Shown: in pieces, positions 22,209-30,169 of the stretch
Numbering within the stretch: position 1 is the stretch's first letter
How the letters are laid out: every line of letters begins with the position of its first letter
Origin: an uncultured delta proteobacterium
Lineage (GTDB): Bacteria; Desulfobacterota; Syntrophia; Syntrophales; UBA2185
Direction of reading: 5' to 3'
Assembly: GCA_963695875.1 (NCBI GenBank)
Contig: CAVOID010000015.1
Location: 14,291-78,290, forward strand
Length of the DNA: 64,000 nucleotides
Program-made: the position numbers and the translations under genes
Notes under the pieces: generated by a model
The model's database searches: none
The model's input: the letters and a program-made list of their open reading frames with translations, nothing else
What the model was told of the DNA's origin: nothing

Positions 22209-22708
22209 TCCATACATTTCTAAAACAGATTGTGACGAGTCCGTATCTGGCGCTGATTCTGAGGGTGTTCGTGGGCTATATCTTTCTGTACGCTAGCGTG
22301 AGCAAGATACCGCACCCTGCGCAGTTTGCGGAAGCGACGGCAGCCTATCAACTGATCCCGTACTGGTTTCTGAATGTGGGGGCTATACTATTGCCGTGGA
22401 TCGAGTTTGTGAGCGGGCTGTTTCTGATCATCGGGCTGAGGACGAGGGCGGCGGCAACCCTCATCGGTCTGATGTTGATCATGTTCACCGTGATGGTCCT
22501 GACCAACATGTACTGGGGAGCGTCTATTACGTGTGGGTGTTATGATACGGTGGGGGAGCCTATTGGGTGGAAGAAGGTCAGTGAGGACATATTACTGCTC
22601 CTCTTCACGATACAGATTTACTTCTGTGACAGGTTGTTCATCTTCCGCAGGGGGGGCTTAATGCCCAGCATAAAGGGCATGGTCGCTACTCTGACAGGAT
22701 TGCAATAA
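22205..22708 (+). CDS. MauE/DoxX-family membrane protein
   Basis: Four predicted TM helices and the motif [12 protein letters not shown]. The start overlaps the upstream stop by 4 nt. Confidence 0.7.
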   Translation: MIHTFLKQIVTSPYLALILRVFVGYIFLYASVSKIPHPAQFAEATAAYQLIPYWFLNVGAILLPWIEFVSGLFLIIGLRTRAAATLIGLMLIMFTVMVLTNMYWGASITCGCYDTVGEPIGWKKVSEDILLLLFTIQIYFCDRLFIFRRGGLMPSIKGMVATLTGLQ

Positions 22709-22716
22709 GGTGGCCT

Positions 22717-23082
22717 ATGATGCACACATCAAGATTTCAGGATTATGGATTGATGGTTGGTCTTTGCGTGCTTCTGATGCTTCTGCTCTCATGTGAGTCC
22801 AAGGATAAATACGCGGGAGTATACAAAGCGGTGGGGAATGAGTCGGTGAAGCAGGGGGAGACCGTCTTGGAATTGAAGGGGAATGGGGATGGTCTGTGGA
22901 GAGTGGCCTCTGATGAGGTAGCGGGAACCTTCGTAGAGGTCCCCTTTGTGTGGTACATCAAGCAGGGGGAGTTGCGGGTGAACACCAGAGCAGGGGGAGT
23001 GATTGTGGGGAAGATAGGGAAGGACACCATTCAGATGACCCTCCCAGGCTCCAAAGTGATGACCTTCAAGAAGATCCAATAA
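22717..23082 (+). CDS. Small lipoprotein, unknown function
   Basis: Lipobox LLLSC after a hydrophobic signal. 121 aa, 8 nt after the MauE stop. Confidence 0.5.
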   Translation: MMHTSRFQDYGLMVGLCVLLMLLLSCESKDKYAGVYKAVGNESVKQGETVLELKGNGDGLWRVASDEVAGTFVEVPFVWYIKQGELRVNTRAGGVIVGKIGKDTIQMTLPGSKVMTFKKIQ

Positions 23083-23108
23083 GTCCAGAGGTCGAATCTC
23101 GGAAGCAG

Positions 23109-23537
23109 CTATCTATTCCCATTGGGTTCGACTGGATACTTCGCTACCTCCCAGGCCCTCCATCCGCCCTTCAATGCGTATATCTTCTTGTATCCTTTCT
23201 CCATGAACTGCAGTGCCGCACGGGCACTGGTCGCTTCATCGTGTCACTTACAATAAAAAACTAATGTTTTCTCTTTTGGATACTTGTTGATCCAGGAGGT
23301 AAGATAGCGGACGTCCTCGTGAACAGCCCCCTTGATCTTGTTCTTGCTGTTCTCCCAGTCGTGGACCGTCCTCACATCGATAACGATGACATCGGGATTC
23401 ACAAGCTGCGCTTTCAGCCCATCAATAGACATCTTCTGCACACTCTCGGGGGTGAGCTCCGTCGCGGCGAAACTAACCGTTCCCGCGAAACCCACCGCAA
23501 GCACCATCAAGGCCAGAAAGAATACTGTTTTTCTCAT
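23109..23537 (-). CDS. Exported single-domain rhodanese, candidate selenoprotein (UGA at 23244-23246 read as Sec, motif CKU)
   Basis: ORF 23244-23537 ends ...TLVFYCK at TGA. The same frame continues HDEATSARAALQFMEKGYKKIYALKGGWRAWEVAKYPVEPNGNR to TAG 23109-23111, giving a complete rhodanese. The TGA sits at the catalytic-Cys position and a hairpin follows 14 nt downstream. Confidence 0.75.
23211..23229 (-). promoter_or_regulatory. Putative bacterial SECIS hairpin (mRNA CAGUGCC-CGUGC-GGCACUG)
   Basis: 7-bp stem with a 5-nt loop, starting 14 nt 3' of the in-frame UGA. Nearly identical in the paralog at 25931-25945. Confidence 0.55.
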
Positions 23538-23565
23538 TTATCCCTCCTTTTGCGCCGGTCAATTG

Positions 23566-23760
23566 TTAAGGGTTACTTCTTAAGTCTCTTCTCATATTTT
23601 TTGGAAGGTCATTTATGGCTACTGTAAGTAAATCGGCTGGGTTCTTGTCATGCTCAACGGCAACAAATCTTAGTTTCTTTATAAACGTGCTAATCAAGAC
23701 GAAATGATACCACTTTTCAGATAGTCTTGAGCGTGTATTAATCACCCCGCATCGCTTCAA
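23566..23760 (-). CDS. Hypothetical small protein between the two UGA-containing genes (TTG start)
   Basis: 64-aa ORF filling the gap 23763 to 23537. No recognisable motif. Confidence 0.2.
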   Translation of the reverse strand: MKRCGVINTRSRLSEKWYHFVLISTFIKKLRFVAVEHDKNPADLLTVAINDLPKNMRRDLRSNP

Positions 23761-23762
23761 GA

Positions 23763-24074
23763 TTACTGGATGATCTGCGGTTTCCCTTCGATCGGGAATT
23801 CTTGCTTGGCCAGACCCTCTACAATCTTCTCGATACTGGTTTTTGCATCGTCGAATTTTACCGTGACTTCGTGAGTTAATTGGTTCGCATCATATTGCAG
23901 CACGCCCGGGATTTCCTTCAGGGTAGCACGTACCCATTTAGCCGAGTCCGGTCACTCACATCCGGGAACTACCATTTTGACAATTCTTTCGGCAGCAAAA
24001 ATGGGTTGTGATGCGACGAGCAGGAACATCACACTCAAAAGACAGACGATCAGGGAATGTTTACTCCGCTTCAT
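23763..24074 (-). CDS. Exported HMA (heavy-metal-associated)-like protein, candidate selenoprotein (UGA at 23952-23954, motif GCEU)
   Basis: Not in the ORF track because it is split by TGA. Translation: MKRSKHSLIVCLLSVMFLLVASQPIFAA-ERIVKMVVPGCE-U-PDSAKWVRATLKEIPGVLQYDANQLTHEVTVKFDDAKTSIEKIVEGLAKQEFPIEGKPQIIQ*. SD GAGGGG. U aligns with the first Cys of the HMA GMxCxxC loop. Hairpin 16 nt downstream. Confidence 0.65.
23921..23935 (-). promoter_or_regulatory. Putative SECIS hairpin (mRNA GGGUA-CGUGC-UACCC)
   Basis: 5-bp stem with the same CGUGC loop as the rhodanese hairpins, 16 nt 3' of the UGA. Confidence 0.45.
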
Positions 24075-24693
24075 GGGTATTCCCCTCAATATTTTTGGGT
24101 TAGATTATACGGATGCCTCTTTCTAAGAGATGGGTCTTCTATACATAGTTTACATTTTTTATTTCTCAAACAAATTGGTTAAATCGGATAGAAGGGTTAA
24201 GTGGATAAGATATAAATGAACGAATATAATTTTATACTTATGTGAATTTATATAGTGATTCTTCTTCTATGTCAAGCTAATTTTGTCACTAAATATGTCC
24301 GGTATAGCTGTCGATTTCCACGAGTATGCTTGTGAGAGTTTTTCGATGATCGCTGGTAGATATCAGAAGGTCAAGCATTTGTATGAATTTCTCCCCGGTC
24401 TCATGATCTCTAAAAACATAGGGAGAATTCCGTTCTCTAAACTATATGTGCCAACAGAGTAGAAGATTACCGTTAAAAACATTCACTTTCACTGCCCACG
24501 TTATGGTACCTCATAAAAAATAAATCATGCCCCTTCTCTCTTTCAAAAATTACTCTCCGGTGGATGGAAGGATGCTCATATTGGGCAAAAGTCATATCTG
24601 GCAAAGATCAGGACGCATATTTTTTACAGCGAGCAAGGCTCCTCCATGCAGCCGGAAAAAGAAAATGATCAAAGAACCAGATGACCAAATAAC

Positions 24694-25197
24694 CTATTTG
24701 GCAGAACGCACCGGGAGAACCCGGCTGCTGATGACGTACGACTGGGGATTCCAACTCCGTTCGCCGTACCGGAAATTGAAGACGGCGGCGGCGGAATCGC
24801 GCGTCGCCGAGTTCCATAACCAAAAACAGGTAATATCTATCAACTCCGTTGCGATATGAATATTATAGCTTCGATTGCATGCTCCTGGACGGGATTTACT
24901 CGCATCATACAGCCCCATCAATTCATCCTGCGTTGGCATCCGCCAGTCCGTATAGCCGCCGCCGCGATAATTCTCGCAATAACTCTTGGCATCCGCCCAG
25001 TTTATGTTGCGTTCATTGTCCTTTGCCGCCCACATTAGGTTCGTCTGTGTGTCCAGGACCGTCCCATCATCATAGGCGATGAAACGACCGTCTCTGGCGA
25101 TCTCTCCGGCTGCGGCATATTCTGCAAAAACAAAAGTACCTATATAAAAAACCAACACCATTGCCGCAATGAAAAAGCCCTTTCTCAAGTCAGTCAT
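24694..25197 (-). CDS. DUF1566 (Lcl C-terminal-like) domain protein, membrane-anchored/exported
   Basis: Matches TNLMWAAKDNERNINWADAKSYCENYRGGGYTDWRMPTQDELMGLY. ATG 25197 has SD GAGGTGA; the ORF track start 25212 is 5 codons upstream. Confidence 0.7.
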   Translation of the reverse strand: MTDLRKGFFIAAMVLVFYIGTFVFAEYAAAGEIARDGRFIAYDDGTVLDTQTNLMWAAKDNERNINWADAKSYCENYRGGGYTDWRMPTQDELMGLYDASKSRPGACNRSYNIHIATELIDITCFWLWNSATRDSAAAVFNFRYGERSWNPQSYVISSRVLPVRSAK

Positions 25198-25281
25198 ACG
25201 TTCACCTCTCATAATTCTAATCTCTAGGGGTTAAATTTCCCTAAGCTTACTTCGCTCGTAAAGGACCCGAACCTTCAGATA

Positions 25282-25302
25282 CCCCGCAGCTTGCTGCCAG
25301 GG
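25282..25302. repeat. REP-like hairpin, copy 2 (CCCCGCAGCTTGCTGCCAGGG)
   Basis: Same GC-clamped AGC-TTGC-TGC palindrome core as 14031-14050, 56517-56536 and 56585-56604. Confidence 0.45.
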
Positions 25303-25835
25303 TAGTTCATTTTGTTTTTTCCACTAACCGCTTGGCTTTCCGGCGTTGCCACAGTATTTCAACGATGTATCCGTAGGCTCCAGCCACTCACAAAAATTGA
25401 CGGATGATTAAGACACAAAACCCCGCTCTCGCTTGAGAAACGGGGTTTCGATAAGCTCTTCATGGCACCACCCTTACAAAAAGGGTTCAGACTAGTTGTT
25501 AACCTTTTGACGATGCCCTATTTAAATATGATTATTTTTTGCTCTCAATTCTTTGAAAAGTCAAGAGACAAATTTCATTGATAATCATTTGAAAGGATGT
25601 ATATCTATCAAAACCACGGGACACTGCCTTCACCCTCAGAATCTATTATCCATGAGACCTAACGATTACCATTGTAAGAATCAATATTTCCCTAACATTA
25701 ATGGTTAGGAGGAAGTAGCGGATTATCGCTGTCACCCGAGAGCTGTGCAGATCAATTTGAAAGCGATTATCATGACAAGTCGCTAAGACGAAAAATCAAA
25801 AAACCTATTACCGAGGTTACAATAAGAAAATTAAT

Positions 25836-26267
25836 TTATTTAGGTTCGATTGGATACCCCGCATCCGTCCAGGCATGAAAACCACGCTTGAGGGCGCTTA
25901 CCTTTTTAAAGCCATTGTCCAATAATATCTGTGCCGCACGGGCACTTGTCGCTTCATCGTGTCAGGTACAGTATGTAATGATCTCTTTGTCCCTCGGCAG
26001 TTCGTTGCTTCTGACCTCCAGTTGAACTATGGGAATCCTGATGGCCCCTCTTATCCTGATCTTGCTATCGGCATATTCTCGTCCCGCTCGGACATCAACA
26101 ATCACTATGTCCTCACCTTTATCCATCTTAGCCTTCAGTTCCTGCACTGTGATTCTTGGAACTACATCGTCTGCAGATAAAACAACCGATACGATCAGCT
26201 GATTCAGTACACCGAAGAGCAGAGAAAGAAAGAGACCCTTTAAAAACCATCTCATCGCCATCCTCAT
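25836..26267 (-). CDS. Exported single-domain rhodanese paralog, candidate selenoprotein (UGA at 25962-25964, motif CTU)
   Basis: ORF 25962-26267 ends ...EIITYCT at TGA. The frame continues HDEATSARAAQILLDNGFKKVSALKRGFHAWTDAGYPIEPK to TAA 25836-25838. The 31 nt after the UGA differ from the 23.2-kb paralog at one position. Confidence 0.75.
25931..25945 (-). promoter_or_regulatory. Putative SECIS hairpin (mRNA GUGCC-CGUGC-GGCAC)
   Basis: Stem-loop 16 nt 3' of the in-frame UGA. The sequence is conserved with 23211-23229. Confidence 0.5.
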
Positions 26268-26399
26268 CTCATCCTTCCGGGGTAAAATGCTTCTTAATTG
26301 CTGTGTCTAAAACTTACTGAATAACAAGTCGAGATCCAGACTTTATTATAATGCATTAAGCCAGCTCAAAAATTGGGTGGGTCGTGGGTTGCTTGTTTA

Positions 26400-26885
26400 T
26401 TATTCCTTTTTTACTGAACGGGGGAAACAGCATTCCCAACTTGGCATACCATCTTCCTCGTTGCGAAGTTTCATGGTGAAATCACCCTTGCTTATTTCCG
26501 TGGCAATGATCGCATTACCATACTTCTTACCCCTTACTTCAACCTTGTCGCCGGCCATAAATTTGATCTTCTGATTTTCAATGAACCACTTGGGTCCCAT
26601 ATAGACGACATACTTGTTATTCTGATCCGTAATGAATCTCATCTGCAGACCGTCTTTCACACCTTTCATCGGCTCAACTCTCGTTACTTTACCGGGCTCC
26701 ACCACTATTGCTTCCATTCCCGTAAATGATGTCTCGGCATCAAGTCCGGGAACTCCCAAAGTCCATGCACCCCTTGATACAGGGCCCGAGGACTGAGATG
26801 CCTGAGCAAACAGCTCTGGTGCGAAAGTCATGCTCACCAAGAACATCATTGCAACTACAACCGTCCAACGTGCTACCTTTCTCAT
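26400..26885 (-). CDS. Exported protein of unknown function (upstream of rhodanese paralog 2)
   Basis: SD GGAGG before ATG 26885. Signal peptide MRKVARWTVVVAMMFLVSMTFAPELFAQA. The C-terminus reads ...PSWECCFPRS. Confidence 0.5.
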   Translation of the reverse strand: MRKVARWTVVVAMMFLVSMTFAPELFAQASQSSGPVSRGAWTLGVPGLDAETSFTGMEAIVVEPGKVTRVEPMKGVKDGLQMRFITDQNNKYVVYMGPKWFIENQKIKFMAGDKVEVRGKKYGNAIIATEISKGDFTMKLRNEEDGMPSWECCFPRSVKKE

Positions 26886-27320
26886 ACTTTCCTCCTTGGT
26901 ATCATTGTTTTGACCCACCCGATTTCGAGCTTAACGATTTAAAAAATGAACCTTCCATACCTCGTGACATCATCTTGTATCCCCTATGGGGTGATGATCC
27001 TGTCCAACACTCTGTTCTTTTTTGCGCAATCTGCAGGGATGGCTCCGGTACAAATAATATCTTTTGACTGCTATTAGTGTCAATCTCTAAATGCTGCATC
27101 ATGCAACAGTTTATAATCAGGTATAGACTGATTTGTGGCTTCGAAATTCCTGCAGTAATCGCCCAATGTTGCATACAGGAACGGAAAAGCCCGAAGCGAT
27201 TGAGTTGGCAAAATTGGCTTCGGGCTTCTCTGGAAACGACCGGCCTCAAAGAAGGAGGAGGCATGAAAACAAAATATATTTTAATTATAAGCCTTTAGAA
27301 AGAGTCAGTCAATCCTTTTT

Positions 27321-27742
27321 CTATCAGTGCTGCTTCGCACATCGTTTTAACCTTATGTCCCTCCTTAATATTTTTAAGCCTGTTTATAATATTAGGTATT
27401 TGTTACTATTATTATGTATTCCCTGTTTATGGATTGCCTTCCTAAATGGATTAAAAAACACTGAACTTGGGCCGCTAACACCGCCGCGTTAGGGTTGAAG
27501 AAGTAATATTCTTATCATTTAGAATATTGCAGAGTACATTTTCTAGTTATATTGTTATACAGATTCTAAGGTTTAATGGAAGTTATATTATTATTAAATT
27601 ATAAATAAGAAAATAGTAAGGCAAAATTACTATTATGACAGGGTCTGCAGGTGGGTTCTGAGATTGACCTTCTGTTCAATTATTCCTAATTTGTCCCTGA
27701 TGTGACAGCGATGCGCACCGACAGCACTTGCAATCTCCAACA
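27321..27742 (-). repeat. Inverted-repeat copy B (fragment of an RCC1-gene 5' end + intergenic region + LuxR-gene 3' remnant)
   Basis: Reverse complement aligns with 6731-7141. The RCC1-like start is degenerate (GTTAAAACGATGTGCGAAGCAGCACTGATAG versus ATGAAAACGATGTGCAAAGTAGCGATAATAG). Confidence 0.85.
27633..27742 (-). pseudogene. 3' remnant (last ~33 codons) of a PAS/LuxR-family regulator gene
   Basis: Encodes ...IASAVGAHRCHIRDKLGIIEQKVNLRTHLQTLS*. Compare the intact gene end at 6735-6835, ...STSAVSLHRYHIREKLGIIDQKINLRTHLQSLS*. There is no ORF upstream of the remnant. Confidence 0.65.
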
Positions 27743-27801
27743 CATTTATCATTTGACATTAAAACATTAGAAAATTACACTATAAAAAATCTCAATTTGT
27801 T

Positions 27802-29928
27802 ATGAGATTGCTGTGTTTTTCTTATATACCAGACAGCCATGGTGAAAATGAAGGGAACAGCCCCGTGAAAAATGATTTAAAAACAACTCAGGAACTTGTT
27901 GAGGAGCTGGCTTCTGTAAAACATAGAATTGCAGAGCTGGAGCAAGCTGAGAAGAAACATCTCACAATCATTCAAAATATCCGGGACGGCATCTATATGC
28001 TCGACAGCTCCGGTAAGTTCACATTTGTCAATGATGTGATTATAGAGCGCTCTGGCTTCCCGGCAGAGTGGTTTTTAGGCAGAAGTTATCTCGATGTCGT
28101 CAGCACAGAAGACCGTGAACGCGTGCAGAGCATTTTCAACGCTTCGAAGGATGGGAGAACACGTACTTACGATCTTTATCTTTCTTATCCAACTGCCTCC
28201 GGGAAACTTATATGTGTCGAGGTGTGTGCAGTGCCTCTCTTAGACGGTGATAAAGTGATTGGTCGGATAGGTATCTCACGTGACGTCACCGAACGTAAAC
28301 AGATGGAAGAGGTCTTAAGGGCAAGTGAAACTAGTTTCCGGCGTATTTTCAATCAATCACCCATTGGAGCAGCGATTGTAACACCGAATAATCGTTTTGC
28401 CCTCGTTAATGAAGCCCTATGTCGCATGATGGGATACACGGAGAAGGAATTAACGTCGTTTACATTCACAGACATCACACACCCCGACCACTTGGCCACT
28501 GATACAGAACAGGTGAAACGTCTTGTTGCCGGAGAGATCGACGAGTATGCAACCGATAAAAGGTATATTCGCAAGGACGGCGCTGTCATCTGGGGACGAT
28601 TGTCGGTGCGGGCAATCAGAGACGCGACGGGCCGTCTTCTTTATTCTTTGCCGTTTGTAGTCGATATCACTGAACGCAAGCAGGCGGAGGAGGCTCTGAA
28701 AGAGACAGAACGAAGGTTATACGAGATTATTGAGGAGTTAAAAATTGCCAAAGAGTCAGCCGAAGCCGCCACACGTGCAAAGACGGATTTTCTGGCCAAC
28801 ATGAGTCACGAGATCAGGACACCGATAAATGCGATCATCGGATTATCCAACCTCTTCTGGAATACGGACGTCTCGGTCAAGCAACGCGATTACTTGAACA
28901 AAATAGAGACTTCGGCCAGGTCCCTGCTGGGAGTCATCAATGATATCCTGGATATCTCCAAAATCGAGGCGGGCAAGCTGGAGATGGAATACGTCGATTT
29001 CCGGTTGCATGACATCATGAACAACATAACCACCATGTTTTCCGCGAAGGCCATTGAAAAGAGGATCGAACTTATGGTGTCCATAGCAGGGGATGTGCCG
29101 TGCGAGTTGTTGGGAGATCCCTTACGCCTGGAGCAGGTGCTGGTGAATCTAACGGGCAATGCGGTCAAATTCACGGAGTCAGGATTGATTATGGTAAAGG
29201 CAGAACTGATTGAAAAGGATGCAGTGCGCTGCAGACTGAGATTTTCCGTTATGGATTCCGGCATAGGGATGACCGGAGATGAGATATCCAGGCTCTTTGC
29301 GGCCTTCTCTCAGGCGGACAGTTCCATAACCAGGAAGTTTGGCGGCACGGGTCTTGGCTTGGCCATTTCGAGGCGGCTGGTGGAGATGATGGGTGGGGAG
29401 ATACATGTGGAGAGTGAGCCAGACAGAGGCAGCACCTTCACTTTTACGGTGGAGTTCGGATGGCAGCCGGAGGTGTGGGATGATAAAAAAGGAAAGATCG
29501 CCGCTCAGCCAGCGGCGGACTTCACGGGAGCGCGGTTGCTTTTGGTTGAGGATAATCTTATAAATCAGGAGGTAGCGAGAGAGATTCTGGAAGGCGCCGG
29601 TTTCGTAGTTGATGCGGTGAATAATGGCCTTGAAGCGGTGGAGGCAGTGCGCTCAAATGACTATGACGCTGTAGTCATGGATGTGGAGATGCCGGTGATG
29701 AGCGGATACGAAGCCACACGTCTGATCCGGGGAGATGCTCGCAGCAAGGATCTGCCGATCATTGCCATGACCGCTCATGCCCTTCAGGAAGTGCGAGAAG
29801 AATGCCTGGCGGTTGGTATGAACGACTATGTTACAAAGCCGATAGAAAAGGGCTGGGTGTTTTCAGTCCTTAGCCGTTGGGTGAAGCCCCGGTCATTGGT
29901 CCGGGACAGTAAAACGGCAACTGATTAG
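27802..29928 (+). CDS. Hybrid sensor histidine kinase (PAS-PAS-HisKA-HATPase-REC)
   Basis: H-box FLANMSHEIRTPINAI and G-box GGTGLGLAISRRLVEMMGG. Receiver region reads RLLLVEDNLINQ...AVVMDVEMPVMSG...IIAMTAHA. Confidence 0.9.
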   Translation: MRLLCFSYIPDSHGENEGNSPVKNDLKTTQELVEELASVKHRIAELEQAEKKHLTIIQNIRDGIYMLDSSGKFTFVNDVIIERSGFPAEWFLGRSYLDVVSTEDRERVQSIFNASKDGRTRTYDLYLSYPTASGKLICVEVCAVPLLDGDKVIGRIGISRDVTERKQMEEVLRASETSFRRIFNQSPIGAAIVTPNNRFALVNEALCRMMGYTEKELTSFTFTDITHPDHLATDTEQVKRLVAGEIDEYATDKRYIRKDGAVIWGRLSVRAIRDATGRLLYSLPFVVDITERKQAEEALKETERRLYEIIEELKIAKESAEAATRAKTDFLANMSHEIRTPINAIIGLSNLFWNTDVSVKQRDYLNKIETSARSLLGVINDILDISKIEAGKLEMEYVDFRLHDIMNNITTMFSAKAIEKRIELMVSIAGDVPCELLGDPLRLEQVLVNLTGNAVKFTESGLIMVKAELIEKDAVRCRLRFSVMDSGIGMTGDEISRLFAAFSQADSSITRKFGGTGLGLAISRRLVEMMGGEIHVESEPDRGSTFTFTVEFGWQPEVWDDKKGKIAAQPAADFTGARLLLVEDNLINQEVAREILEGAGFVVDAVNNGLEAVEAVRSNDYDAVVMDVEMPVMSGYEATRLIRGDARSKDLPIIAMTAHALQEVREECLAVGMNDYVTKPIEKGWVFSVLSRWVKPRSLVRDSKTATD

Positions 29929-29974
29929 AGAGGACCGAACAGGCCGGCAACAATATATTTCTATGGAGCAACAT

Positions 29975-30136
29975 ATGACACAGGATGGGCAGGAAAAGAA
30001 TTACCGAATATTGGTTGTGGACGATGCTTACAAAATATACAGGTTATTGAAAATATGTTGCAAAAAGGCGGTACGAGAGGCTGTATCGATTTTTCCGTCC
30101 CCATATCCAGAAGGAGTGATTTGTCTCTGCATATAA
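29975..30136 (+). pseudogene. Truncated/degenerate receiver-domain remnant
   Basis: Begins MTQDGQEKNYRILVVDDA, then loses the REC sequence. The adjacent frame gives NIQVIENMLQKGG before degenerating. Confidence 0.4.
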
Positions 30137-30169
30137 ACTGTCAGCAAATATTAATAATACAGAATAAGC

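Noticed and set aside
24527-24859. ORFs 24527-24859 (+), 24849-25082 (+) and 26902-27264 (-) as genes
   Set aside because: They overlap the DUF1566 gene antisense or lie in AT-rich spacers. They have no motifs and no ribosome-binding sites.
25418-25448. Hairpin AAACCCCG-(15 nt)-CGGGGTTT as the terminator of the rhodanese-2 gene
   Set aside because: It lies ~390 nt beyond the reconstructed stop (25836) and has a long loop and only a short U-run. It is possibly functional but is not convincingly tied to any gene.
6731-27742. Inverted repeats as ends of a composite transposon or IS-bounded island
   Set aside because: No transposase or integrase lies inside or beside the repeats. The repeats themselves are ordinary gene and intergenic fragments, not IS termini.
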